Assembly: GCA_965205025.1 (NCBI GenBank)
Contig: CBDBFU010000023.1
Location: 4,390-68,389 of the forward strand
Length of the DNA: 64,000 bases
DNA from: Candidatus Poribacteria bacterium
Lineage (GTDB): Bacteria > Poribacteria > WGA-4E > WGA-3G
Direction of reading: 5' to 3'
The notes below the pieces were generated by a model. The model was not told the DNA's origin. It made no database searches and was given only the letters and a program-made list of their open reading frames with translations. Position 1 is the stretch's first letter; every line of letters starts with the position of its first letter. Shown piece by piece: positions 9,553 through 18,742 of the stretch. The position numbers and the translations under genes were made by a program.

Positions 9553-9840
9553 ATGACACTTGGAAAGGTTACTGGGACAGTTGTCGCAACACAAAAGGAT
9601 GAAAAACTTGTTGGTAGTAAGTTGATGATTGTCCAAGATGTCGATTTAGAGGGTAAGGTAGAAAAACAATACACTGTTGCAGTAGATGCTGTAGGTGCAG
9701 GAATTGGTGAAATTGTACTTGTTGCAACAGGGAGTTCAGCACGACAAACAAGTGTAACAAGCAACAAACCTGTAGACGCCGTTGTCATGGCGATTGTTGA
9801 CACCATAGAGGTAAGTGGTGAAGTTCGATATATGAAATAG
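9553..9840 (+). CDS. eutN: EutN/CcmL-family bacterial microcompartment vertex (BMC-P) protein
   Basis: 95 aa. MTLGKVTGTVVATQKDEKLVGSKLMIVQ...AVDAVGAGIGEIVLVATGSSAR...PVDAVVMAIVD matches the EutN/CcmL consensus along its full length. The antisense ORF 9546-10040 is spurious. Confidence 0.8.
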   Translation: MTLGKVTGTVVATQKDEKLVGSKLMIVQDVDLEGKVEKQYTVAVDAVGAGIGEIVLVATGSSARQTSVTSNKPVDAVVMAIVDTIEVSGEVRYMK

Positions 9841-9852
9841 TGAGAAGGACTG

Positions 9853-11613
9853 ATGGAACAGGATAAATTGTTCCCTAATATAGCAGACAACGATGAACTG
9901 CCCTTAAAACTGGAGTTAATCAAACAGATTGGCTGGTTGGTGAAGCTTCGCTGGATAGCAATTGGAGGAGTGTTCTTCACGGTAACGGTTGCCAACTTAG
10001 CCCGTGATATGATCTCACATCCGTTACCTTTATATATCATTGCCAGTTTGATGGTGCTTTACAATTTTGAACCAAATATCCTTCGTAGAGCACCTGAAAA
10101 ACAACAATTGATGTCAATAAAAAGACAAGCAAGTATACACATTATACTTGATTTATTGTCTTTGATTGCTCTAATACACTTCAGTGGTGGTGTAGAAAAC
10201 CCATTTATCTTCTATTTCATATTTCATTTAATTATTGCAAGTATAATACTATCCAAACGTGTCAGTTACATTTTAGCCACTCTAAACACCCTCCTACTTA
10301 GTTCACTCATCTTTCTTGAGTATTTCGGTATACTCCATCACTATCATCTTAATAATTTTCTGCCAGAAAATCTTTGGCGTGATCCAATTTATATGTGGGG
10401 AGTACTTTTTGTATTTACGAGTACTCTCTTTTTTTCTGTTTACTTGGCAACAACCATTACACAGACAGCCAGGGAGAGAGAAGCGGAAACAAGAGAACTG
10501 AAAGAAAATTTAGAAGAAAAGGTCGATGAATTGGAAGAAATGAGAAAAGAGGTGGTCTTTGAAAGTAATAAACTACAATCTATAATTGAGTGTATGCAGG
10601 AAGGAGTTGTCTTTGTAGATTCGACTAATCAGACAACCCTATTTAACAAGGCAGCCCAACAAATCCAGAATGAAGAATCAAGTATAGATATAGATAATGA
10701 AAAACAGTTTGGAAGTTCAGAGACTCTTGACCAAATATCACAGGACTTTTCTGAAGGTGGGGATGCAATCGAAAGAAAAAACCTGAAAATAGGTGATAAA
10801 TATTTTGAAAACACTTATGCTGCTGTACGTGATAATGAAGAATTCTACTTAGGTACAGTACTTGTGTCCCGAGATGTAACAGACAGAAAACGTATGGAAC
10901 AACAGTTGATTTTTTCTGAAAAAATGGCTGCAATAGGTGAATTAGCTGCTGGAGTAGCACATGAAATCAATAACCCCTTAGATGGACTATTAAACTGTAT
11001 TCTAAGAATACAACGTAATCCCGATAATATCTCACAAACTCAAGAATACTTAGTCTTAATGGAAGATGCAATTCATCGTATGGAGGGTACAGTTGGTAAA
11101 CTTCTTGATTTCTCCCGCCCCCACGAACTCACATTAACTGCCATTAATATCAATGAAGTTGTTGATGAAACTGTGGCTCTATTATATTATAGTGCTACAG
11201 AAAAAGGAATAATGATAAAGAAAGATTTTCATGATGACATTTCTGATATACGTGGGGATAAACACCTATTAGAACAAGTCATCTTAAATTTGACATTAAA
11301 TGCTATAACAGCAATGCCAGATGGTGGAGATTTACTATTCCAAACTGGTGAAGCTCCAGCGGACACTTTGATCGGAAAACCAACTGTCTTTGTAAGGGTA
11401 ATTGACAGTGGAATTGGAATTTCAGATACTGTACAAGATAGGATATTTGATCCGTTCTATACTACACAGATAACTGAAAAAGGGACTGGACTGGGACTAT
11501 CAGTCTCTGACAGGATTATTAGACAACATCAAGGTGTCATTGAGGTAGAAAGTAAAGAAGGTTTTGGTTCAACATTTACAGTGAAATTACCTATAGTGGA
11601 AGTTCATTCTTAG
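9853..11613 (+). CDS. membrane sensor histidine kinase (multi-TM, PAS-like, HisKA, HATPase_c)
   Basis: 586 aa. Five or six N-terminal hydrophobic helices, H-box AAGVAHEINNPL, N-box LNLTLNAITAM, G1 DSGIGI, G2 GTGLGLSV. GAAGGA RBS before ATG 9853. Confidence 0.85.
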   Translation: MEQDKLFPNIADNDELPLKLELIKQIGWLVKLRWIAIGGVFFTVTVANLARDMISHPLPLYIIASLMVLYNFEPNILRRAPEKQQLMSIKRQASIHIILDLLSLIALIHFSGGVENPFIFYFIFHLIIASIILSKRVSYILATLNTLLLSSLIFLEYFGILHHYHLNNFLPENLWRDPIYMWGVLFVFTSTLFFSVYLATTITQTAREREAETRELKENLEEKVDELEEMRKEVVFESNKLQSIIECMQEGVVFVDSTNQTTLFNKAAQQIQNEESSIDIDNEKQFGSSETLDQISQDFSEGGDAIERKNLKIGDKYFENTYAAVRDNEEFYLGTVLVSRDVTDRKRMEQQLIFSEKMAAIGELAAGVAHEINNPLDGLLNCILRIQRNPDNISQTQEYLVLMEDAIHRMEGTVGKLLDFSRPHELTLTAININEVVDETVALLYYSATEKGIMIKKDFHDDISDIRGDKHLLEQVILNLTLNAITAMPDGGDLLFQTGEAPADTLIGKPTVFVRVIDSGIGISDTVQDRIFDPFYTTQITEKGTGLGLSVSDRIIRQHQGVIEVESKEGFGSTFTVKLPIVEVHS

Positions 11614-11623
11614 GAGGTTAGTG

Positions 11624-12967
11624 ATGAAAATTCTTGTGGTTGACGATGAAAAACTGAAATGTATGACACTTCGAGATGATTTAAGAGAATCTAATTATGA
11701 TGTCATTGCTGTTGAGTCACCCCTTATTGGACTTCAGCTATTGCAACAAGAACCATTTGATGTCTTGGTTACGGATTTACGAATGCCACAGATGCATGGT
11801 ATTGAATTTCTTAAAAAAGTGAAAAAAGAACATCCACATATTACTGTAATTGTAATGACTGCCTATGCAAGTGTCGAAACTGCTGTAGAGGCACTTAGAT
11901 TTGGGGCATATAATTACATTAAAAAACCATTCTCCAGTGGGGAATTAATCCTGATGTTGGAAAAGCTAAAATCGTTGAGAGGAAAAGCAGCTATTGAAGA
12001 TACATCAGAAAAGACAAATACAGATGAATCAGCACAAGAACAGTCTCTTTACCAAACACTGATAGGGAATAGTCAACAGATTCGAGAAATTTTTAGTCTA
12101 ATACCAAAAATATCAGCAGCCGACAGTAATATAATTATCTATGGTGAGGAAGGAACAGGAAAATCTCTTTTAGCCAAGACTATTCACTTACGAAGTACAA
12201 GAAAGCATGAACCCCTTGTAAGTGTAAACTGCTTTGGAATGACTGATGAGGTAATTGACAACGAACTATTTGGAATTGAGAATAGACAAGGAAAAATACA
12301 ATTAGCAAATAACGGTACTCTTTTTATAGCAAATATAGACTCAATACCATCTCATTTACAAGCCAAACTTTTATCTGTATTAGAAGATCAGATTCTGGAA
12401 TTGAATAATTCCAACAGAATTGATATTGATTTACGAATAATTTCTACTTCTCGTGAGAATATAAAAGAGAAAGTTAAACTGAATGAATTCATTGAAGATC
12501 TCTATTATCAGTTAAATGTCATACCTTTATTTTTACCCCCTTTACGCGAACGAAAAGGGGACATACCTATGTTAATTAATCATTTTTTAGATCTATTCTC
12601 ACCGAACCAACCGATTGGTATCGAACAGGATGCCGTAAATCTTCTTACAGAATATCCGTGGCCTGGGAATATTAGTGAACTTGAAAATATCATTGAACGT
12701 CTCGTGACCATAAATTCTGGTTCAGATATTACCACCGAAGATATTCCAATAGAATTGAAATTACCTACTCCCCAGAAGTTTGATCAAACATCTAATATTA
12801 CATCCTTTCATGACATCATAAAATCCACAGAACGAGAATTGATTTCCTGGGCAATGCGGAAGACTGAGGGAAACAAGACTCGGGCAGCACGTCTCCTTTC
12901 GATGAAACCTTCAACATTCCGTGATGCTCTTGCCAAACATTCAAGTCAAATTGATCTGGATAATTAG
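11624..12967 (+). CDS. NtrC-family response regulator with degenerate AAA+ domain (no GAFTGA, Walker B DE->AN) and Fis-type HTH
   Basis: AGGAGG at 11612-11617 favours ATG 11624 over the track start 11621. Receiver domain is intact (DD, VTDLRMP, KKPF). Walker A is GEEGTGKS. ELFG is followed directly by IENRQGKIQLANNGTLFIANID. C-terminal GNKTRAARLLSMKPSTF forms the HTH. Confidence 0.8.
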   Translation: MKILVVDDEKLKCMTLRDDLRESNYDVIAVESPLIGLQLLQQEPFDVLVTDLRMPQMHGIEFLKKVKKEHPHITVIVMTAYASVETAVEALRFGAYNYIKKPFSSGELILMLEKLKSLRGKAAIEDTSEKTNTDESAQEQSLYQTLIGNSQQIREIFSLIPKISAADSNIIIYGEEGTGKSLLAKTIHLRSTRKHEPLVSVNCFGMTDEVIDNELFGIENRQGKIQLANNGTLFIANIDSIPSHLQAKLLSVLEDQILELNNSNRIDIDLRIISTSRENIKEKVKLNEFIEDLYYQLNVIPLFLPPLRERKGDIPMLINHFLDLFSPNQPIGIEQDAVNLLTEYPWPGNISELENIIERLVTINSGSDITTEDIPIELKLPTPQKFDQTSNITSFHDIIKSTERELISWAMRKTEGNKTRAARLLSMKPSTFRDALAKHSSQIDLDN

Positions 12968-12978
12968 AGAACCATAGA

Positions 12979-13569
12979 ATGGATATTCTGGAGAAAAGGG
13001 ATTTAATACGATTTGAATCACTTGAGAGAAGAAAAAAACTGCCAACTGCAACTCGAGAATTATTTAGTAAGAAGATAACCACTCATATAATTGAATGGTT
13101 CGAGAGTCATGATAGTTTGGTTGAGAATGATTCTCCTAACGGAGTGATGGTTTATCTGAGCATGAAAAGTGAAGTGAATACTCAGGAGTTAGTAGATTAT
13201 CTATTAAATGCTGGTAAAACAGTCACTGCCCCTGTTGTTCATAATGATAGTGGTATGTTAATTCCCAAACGTTTCAATAATCTTACCTCGGATCTTGTTC
13301 AACACAGACTTGGGATGCTCGAACCAAATGAGAATTGTCCTGTATATCCAGTAACACATTTATCACATATAATAGTTCCTGGAATTGCTTTTGATATGGA
13401 TGGGTATCGGCTTGGATATGGTAAAGGCTTCTATGATAGATTTCTACCATCATGTCCGAATGCAAAAACAATCGGTTTGGCTTTTCATACACAACTCGTT
13501 GAGAATACATATCCTCAATCTTGGGATATACCCATGAAATATATATGTACTGAAAATGGTCTATTATAA
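12979..13569 (+). CDS. 5-formyltetrahydrofolate cyclo-ligase
   Basis: 196 aa. The IIVPGIAFDMDGYRLGYGKGFYDRFL motif is diagnostic of the 5-FCL family. Confidence 0.8.
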   Translation: MDILEKRDLIRFESLERRKKLPTATRELFSKKITTHIIEWFESHDSLVENDSPNGVMVYLSMKSEVNTQELVDYLLNAGKTVTAPVVHNDSGMLIPKRFNNLTSDLVQHRLGMLEPNENCPVYPVTHLSHIIVPGIAFDMDGYRLGYGKGFYDRFLPSCPNAKTIGLAFHTQLVENTYPQSWDIPMKYICTENGLL

Positions 13570-13892
13570 GTATCCAATTCACAGGTAATGGGAGTATCAT
13601 TGTAATGGATTGGATTGCATGACATTTTGGACATTTCATATATATATTTCTATGAAATATTTACTATATCATTATGGATTCTAAAGTTTATTAAAAATAG
13701 TCAAGAAGTAGTTGAATATTTTTTTGCATGTGTTATGATTCCATAAATTGATACGATGCGGTGTGAATAAATGTCTTGCTGATTCGAATGCAATTATTTA
13801 GGTAACACTCTTCTTTTGTATCAACATTTGGTTGACCTTCAAATTGTTTCTTAAGGATTTCATACATAATATAATTACAGGAGTTTATAACC

Positions 13893-14432
13893 ATGAAAAA
13901 ATTGAATGTTTTATCTTATATTTTACTCTTTTTACTTTCAAGTTCATTACATTTTTCTTCTAATGCTGAGATGAGATCTAAGGGTAGTGGAGGTAAGAAT
14001 AATCCAAACGTATTCGGCCATGTCTATATAAGTGTTAACCCATATATTACATGGATGAATGGAGTTCCTACTATGTCTATGACAGATCATAGATATAGTG
14101 TTTATAACTTTGCAGCTAAAAGTTGCAATTACGAATACGAGTATAAACAATGGTTATCACATTATGATAATGTAAAGAAAGAAACAGGAGATAATATAAA
14201 TGAGGATAAAGGATGGGGTAGTGGTAAGTTAGAGCCAATTGATGAAGAAGATAACAATTGGCCTGATTACTATTCCGGTGATACAGGTTTCCAAAATCAC
14301 TATCTTCCTGACTACAATCTTACGGTTGGATGGTGGTATGTAGTCGGAGGTTATACCCGACTTGTAGTAGAGAGTCGTAAAGGTTCGGATTCATGGGAAG
14401 TATATTCGGATGATTTAATTTTTCAATGGTAA
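13893..14432 (+). CDS. secreted hypothetical protein
   Basis: 179 aa. N-terminal signal peptide MKKLNVLSYILLFLLSSSLHFSSNA and an AGGAG RBS. No family recognised. Confidence 0.5.
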   Translation: MKKLNVLSYILLFLLSSSLHFSSNAEMRSKGSGGKNNPNVFGHVYISVNPYITWMNGVPTMSMTDHRYSVYNFAAKSCNYEYEYKQWLSHYDNVKKETGDNINEDKGWGSGKLEPIDEEDNNWPDYYSGDTGFQNHYLPDYNLTVGWWYVVGGYTRLVVESRKGSDSWEVYSDDLIFQW

Positions 14433-14501
14433 TATATTGACTAACGGTAAATCTTCTACTATTATATTGAATTAGGAATTTATTTTTATTAATAGGATAA
14501 T

Positions 14502-15521
14502 TTGATGACATTGAGATACTTATTCAGTTGTTTGTGTTTATTCTTACTTACCACGTTTGTATCTGCAAAGATACTTTTTGACTCTACCCTCGGAACAACT
14601 TTTACTCCTGGAAAAGATTGGGACTATAATATCTTTATGATGAACGATGATGGTAGTGGTATCCGAAAACTCACAGACACTCCATTTTTAGAAATAAGTC
14701 CAAGGTGGGCACCTGATGGAAAAGCTATTGCTTTTGTGAGAGACCTTGATATCGCACTGACTACGGTTAGGCAAACCGATCTATTTATAAAATCTATAGA
14801 GGGAAATTTCGAAATTAGACTCACTCATCACCCAAAACAAGATGGTGGAGATATAGCGTGGTCCCCTGATGGAAGATTTATCGCTTTTGTAAGTACTCGG
14901 AATGGAAGTTTAGAGATATATAAAATAGATGTAGCAAGTCTCGTAATAACACAACTAACTAACAATGCATTATTAGGTGGTTTATCTGCTGCCCCAGATT
15001 GGTCTCCGAATGGAGAGCAAATTACTTATGAACAAGGTGTGCCAGGAATTGGAAGAACAATCTATATTATGGATGCTGATGGTAGAAATCAGAAACAACT
15101 TATTCAGCCAAACCAGCTTGTAAGATTTAGTCCACGATGGTCGCCAGATGGTGATACGATCCTTTATGGTGAAACTGAATTTAAACTTATTCCTAGAAAA
15201 CGGATTATAGTAGCAGTAAGTCTTGTGATTTATAACTTAGAGAGAAAAGAAATTCAGTTAATTATCACAATTCCTAATCGGTATAATATCAGTAAAATGT
15301 GTTGGATAGCCCCTGGTCATGAGATAGTTTTTAGTGCAAATAACACTGAAACAAACGGAAGAGGTATTTTTCGTTACCATATTGGAAGTAAACAATTGAC
15401 TAAACTCACTGATGGTCCAGAAGGAGGCGTTTATGTAGATTGGATAGAGGATGTAGCATTAGATGCGACACCTAACGGCAAACTGTCAATTCAATGGGGT
15501 CAACTCAAACGTAGTAATTAA
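14502..15521 (+). CDS. TolB-like PD40 beta-propeller secreted protein with C-terminal KLSIQWGQLK tag
   Basis: 339 aa, signal peptide. Repeated PD40 signatures: SPRWAPDGKAIAF, IAWSPDGRFIAFVS, PDWSPNGEQITY, SPRWSPDGDTILY. Confidence 0.75.
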   Translation: MMTLRYLFSCLCLFLLTTFVSAKILFDSTLGTTFTPGKDWDYNIFMMNDDGSGIRKLTDTPFLEISPRWAPDGKAIAFVRDLDIALTTVRQTDLFIKSIEGNFEIRLTHHPKQDGGDIAWSPDGRFIAFVSTRNGSLEIYKIDVASLVITQLTNNALLGGLSAAPDWSPNGEQITYEQGVPGIGRTIYIMDADGRNQKQLIQPNQLVRFSPRWSPDGDTILYGETEFKLIPRKRIIVAVSLVIYNLERKEIQLIITIPNRYNISKMCWIAPGHEIVFSANNTETNGRGIFRYHIGSKQLTKLTDGPEGGVYVDWIEDVALDATPNGKLSIQWGQLKRSN

Positions 15522-15530
15522 TAATTCAAA

Positions 15531-15700
15531 CAGGACTTACGCATTTTCACCTATAGTTCCTTGGATAAGGAAGGTTACAGTGTAATACCATTTTCAATTG
15601 ATACACTTACATTATGAGTCCCGTAGGGACGAAATGTCTATAGAAAACGGGTTAATCCATTATCCTGAGTCCCGTAGGGACGGAATGTTTATATAATACC
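15531..15700. repeat. solo IS-type terminal repeat followed by hairpin-repeat modules
   Basis: CAGGACTTACGCA at 15531-15543 equals the IS/MITE terminus, but no matching right end is present. Then TTCCTT-GGAT-AAGGAA (15557-15572) and two GAGTCCCGTAGGGACGRAATGT units starting at 15616 and 15667 (51-bp spacing). Confidence 0.7.
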
Positions 15701-15798
15701 TTTTAAACTAAATTGGCTTTTCCAATCTTCTATTAAGGCAAACTAATTAAGTGAAATTGGTATAACATTGTACATTACCAGTTTATCAAGAATTAATA

Positions 15799-16230
15799 TT
15801 AATCAACACCTATATACGGTTTTATCTTATCCAAAGTCTTCTCCCCGATACCTTTAACTTCTGTGAGATCCTCAATAGTCTTGAAATCTCCATTCTCCTT
15901 CCGATGTTGAACAATCCGTTTTGCCATTTGAGGACCAATACTTGGTAGTGTCTGAAGTTCTATTACTGTAGCAATGTTAATATTCAGTAGTGAAGGTTTC
16001 GGTTGTTTCTCTGTCGTATCTTTTAACTGATGAGGTCTTTGTGTTGTAGTTTCTTCATTTGGAACTGCAATTAAATCTGGTTTACCAAGAAATAATGCAG
16101 GATTATATCTTCGAATTCCCCAAAAAACTGTTCCAAGTAAAATCATTATTAAAAGGAATATTACTGCACGAAAATAATGTCTTGAGACAATTCCTTCAAT
16201 TTTAGATTGATTATCTTTTTCTTGATTCAT
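15799..16230 (-). CDS. comEA: ComEA-family helix-hairpin-helix DNA-binding competence protein
   Basis: 143 aa with an N-terminal membrane anchor. The C-terminal LNINIATVIELQTLPSIGPQMAKRIVQHRKENGDFKTIEDLTEVKGIGEKTLDKIKPY is the ComEA HhH pair. Confidence 0.8.
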   Translation of the reverse strand: MNQEKDNQSKIEGIVSRHYFRAVIFLLIMILLGTVFWGIRRYNPALFLGKPDLIAVPNEETTTQRPHQLKDTTEKQPKPSLLNINIATVIELQTLPSIGPQMAKRIVQHRKENGDFKTIEDLTEVKGIGEKTLDKIKPYIGVD

Positions 16231-16236
16231 AGATTT

Positions 16237-16364
16237 ATACCATTTCTGGAAATTTAGGTCTCATTAATAGAACCTCTTATATGTAGCACAAACTTCCAGT
16301 TTGTGTAGTATTTCAAGACATAAATATCACCTAATCATGGAAGAATCATATATAGGAATGGTAT
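16237..16364. mobile_element. simple family-A MITE (128 bp)
   Basis: ATACCATTTCT (16237-16247) / AGGAATGGTAT (16354-16364) with the central hairpin CACAAACTT-CCAGTTTGTG. It fills the whole comEA-pduO intergenic gap. Confidence 0.75.
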
Positions 16365-16367
16365 TAA

Positions 16368-16910
16368 TCATGTCTTCCAGATTGGTTCAGATGAATTTGA
16401 TCTTTTGTTCACTACTCTTGCAACTACAAACAGTAGATCAGATAGTCGATTTAGGCATATAATAATTTCAGGATTAATATCAAACTCTTTTGATAGTCTA
16501 ACAACACACCGTTCAGACCTACGGCATACTGTTCGTGCTAAATGTAAGAGTCCACCTGCATTACTTCCTCCCGGTAAGATAAAGTTTGTTAGTGGTGGTA
16601 ATTCCTCTGACAGAGTATCAATACACCTCTCCATTTCTAAGGTAAAATCACCTGTAATACGTATCTCAGAGGATTTTGTATGTGATTCAGGAGTTGCTAA
16701 GTCAGCACCAAGGGAAAATAGGTGATTTTGAACTCTTTCTAATATCTCAGATATATCCGATTCTTCTATTAATGTATTCGCATAACCGATATATGCATTC
16801 AATTCATCCACTGTACCTATTGCTTCGATTTGTAATGTGTCTTTTGAGATACGAGATCCACCAAATAACGCAGTTTCACCAGTATCACCGAATTTTGTAT
16901 AGATTTTCAT
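16368..16910 (-). CDS. pduO: PduO-type ATP:cob(I)alamin adenosyltransferase
   Basis: 180 aa. MKIYTKFGDTGETALFGG...IEAIGTVDELNAYIG is the canonical PduO-type N-terminus. Confidence 0.85.
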   Translation of the reverse strand: MKIYTKFGDTGETALFGGSRISKDTLQIEAIGTVDELNAYIGYANTLIEESDISEILERVQNHLFSLGADLATPESHTKSSEIRITGDFTLEMERCIDTLSEELPPLTNFILPGGSNAGGLLHLARTVCRRSERCVVRLSKEFDINPEIIICLNRLSDLLFVVARVVNKRSNSSEPIWKT

Positions 16911-16955
16911 GATGTTTTATTTTATACTTTGTCTTGAAAGGAGTCAAAAGAAATT

Positions 16956-18314
16956 ATGAGTGATACCAACAAACAAATTGAGAGAGTAAATAGTACAATA
17001 GAAAATGTAGATGTTATTGATTTGCGAGTGCCAACCTCTGATACACTATTGGGTTCAGATCCATTTCATAAGAAACCGAATTATTCTGCTGTTTTAACTA
17101 CTATTGAGACAGATTCTGGTCATAAAGGCATCTCAGTAGCGTTTACAGCAGGGGCAGGAAATGATTGGATTGCTTATGGTGTAAAGGATCTGTCAAAACT
17201 TGTAACTGGGATGAATGTGTCTTCATTCGTTAATGATCCAGGTGCATTTTTTAGATTACTGATTGATCATCACCAATTACGTTGGTTAGCAGACGGTGTA
17301 AATCGGATGGCAATTGGTAGTATCGTTAATGCAATGTGGGATCTATGGGGTAAACTTGTTGATAAACCACTATGGAAATTGCTTGTTAACTTACCTTCTG
17401 AAAAGATTGTCCAATGTATTGATTGGCGTTATCTACGGGATGCATTGACTCCTGAAGAAGCAATAGATATTTTGAACAGCAATTGGGATAAGAAAAATAC
17501 CCGTGAAAAAGGACTATTAGAAAAAGGACCAAAAGCTTATTCTACTGCAGGCTGGCTTGGATTAACCGATGAACAGATTATTAAAACTGTCGATGATGTT
17601 AAAGCCTCTGGATTGGACTGTTTCAAGATGAAAGTGGGACAAGATGTTGACTTTGATAAGAAGAGACTTGCATTTATTCGATCAGTAATCGGTGATGAAT
17701 CAAAATTAATGTTGGATGCTAACCAAGTCTGGGGTGTTGATGAAGCAATATCTCACATGGAACAGTTAGTTGATTTTAATCCTACATGGATTGAAGAACC
17801 TACTGCAAGAGATGATGTGCTCGGTTTTGTGAAAATATCAAAATCATTAGAAAAATATGGTATAGGTGTTGCTACCGGAGAACAAGTCCCATCACCAGTA
17901 ATCTTCAAACAACTAATTACTAGTGGAGGTATACAATTTTGTCAAATTGATGCGTCCCGACTGGGTGGTGTGAATGATGTGTTGGCAGTAATTCTTATGG
18001 CAGCAAAATACGATATTCCTGTCTGTCCACATGGAGGTGGAATTGGTTTATGTAATATGATACAACATTATGCTTTGTGGGATCAGATCTGTGTGGCAGG
18101 TCATTCCGATACACAAGTTGTGGAATATTTAAACTTCCTACAAGAAGAGGTTTTTCTACATCCAATTCAGATTACTAATGGTGCCTATGTAGCACCATTA
18201 ATACCTGGATGGGGTCTGGAGATGTATCCTGAATTTGTGGTAAATCATACCTATCCTACTGGATCAATTTGGCAAGGAAGAGAGGAATCTGGTGGCATTA
18301 CTTTTATTGCTTGA
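16956..18314 (+). CDS. enolase-superfamily acid-sugar dehydratase, L-fuconate dehydratase-like
   Basis: 452 aa. The N-terminal DLRVPTSDTLLGSDPFHKKPNYSAVLTTIETDSGHKGISVAFT resembles FucD. Mandelate racemase/muconate lactonising-enzyme C-terminal metal-ligand region is present (KMKVG, MLDANQVW, WIEEP). Confidence 0.65.
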   Translation: MSDTNKQIERVNSTIENVDVIDLRVPTSDTLLGSDPFHKKPNYSAVLTTIETDSGHKGISVAFTAGAGNDWIAYGVKDLSKLVTGMNVSSFVNDPGAFFRLLIDHHQLRWLADGVNRMAIGSIVNAMWDLWGKLVDKPLWKLLVNLPSEKIVQCIDWRYLRDALTPEEAIDILNSNWDKKNTREKGLLEKGPKAYSTAGWLGLTDEQIIKTVDDVKASGLDCFKMKVGQDVDFDKKRLAFIRSVIGDESKLMLDANQVWGVDEAISHMEQLVDFNPTWIEEPTARDDVLGFVKISKSLEKYGIGVATGEQVPSPVIFKQLITSGGIQFCQIDASRLGGVNDVLAVILMAAKYDIPVCPHGGGIGLCNMIQHYALWDQICVAGHSDTQVVEYLNFLQEEVFLHPIQITNGAYVAPLIPGWGLEMYPEFVVNHTYPTGSIWQGREESGGITFIA

Positions 18315-18382
18315 TAAACCATCAGATAGTTTGTATTAATATATCTCTATTTTCTAAACACAAAGAAATTGGAATATAAAAA

Positions 18383-18709
18383 TTATGTCTCATTTTCTGT
18401 CTGATTCTGCTTATCATCCTGAGGAGTTATATTTGACTTGATATTTAAAAGTGTTTGATTGATCTCATAGAGCATTAGCAAGGCTTCACATATAATCCGT
18501 AAAATTAGAGGTATAATGACAATCCAGATAATCCCTGATAATAAACCATCCATCCAAGTATACTGATCACCATAATACCAACTATTTTCGAGAATTTGAA
18601 TTAGACCTACAATGATACATAAAATTAGCCCTATTCTATAAATTGATGGAACTATTTTTGGAATTAGATAATTATCTAATTTAGTATAGTCTTTCATTCC
18701 GACCCCCAT
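18383..18709 (-). CDS. small integral membrane protein (possibly DUF4282-like)
   Basis: 108 aa with two or three hydrophobic helices. The family call is tentative. Confidence 0.4.
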   Translation of the reverse strand: MGVGMKDYTKLDNYLIPKIVPSIYRIGLILCIIVGLIQILENSWYYGDQYTWMDGLLSGIIWIVIIPLILRIICEALLMLYEINQTLLNIKSNITPQDDKQNQTENET

Positions 18710-18742
18710 AGAATTTTAATGAAAGCACATACATAAGCAAGA

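Noticed and set aside
9546-10040. 164-aa minus-strand ORF antisense to eutN and the kinase start
   Set aside because: It overlaps two plus-strand genes with strong family signatures. Its translation is low-complexity and Ser/Thr/Ile-rich, with no RBS or recognisable family. It is a typical shadow ORF.
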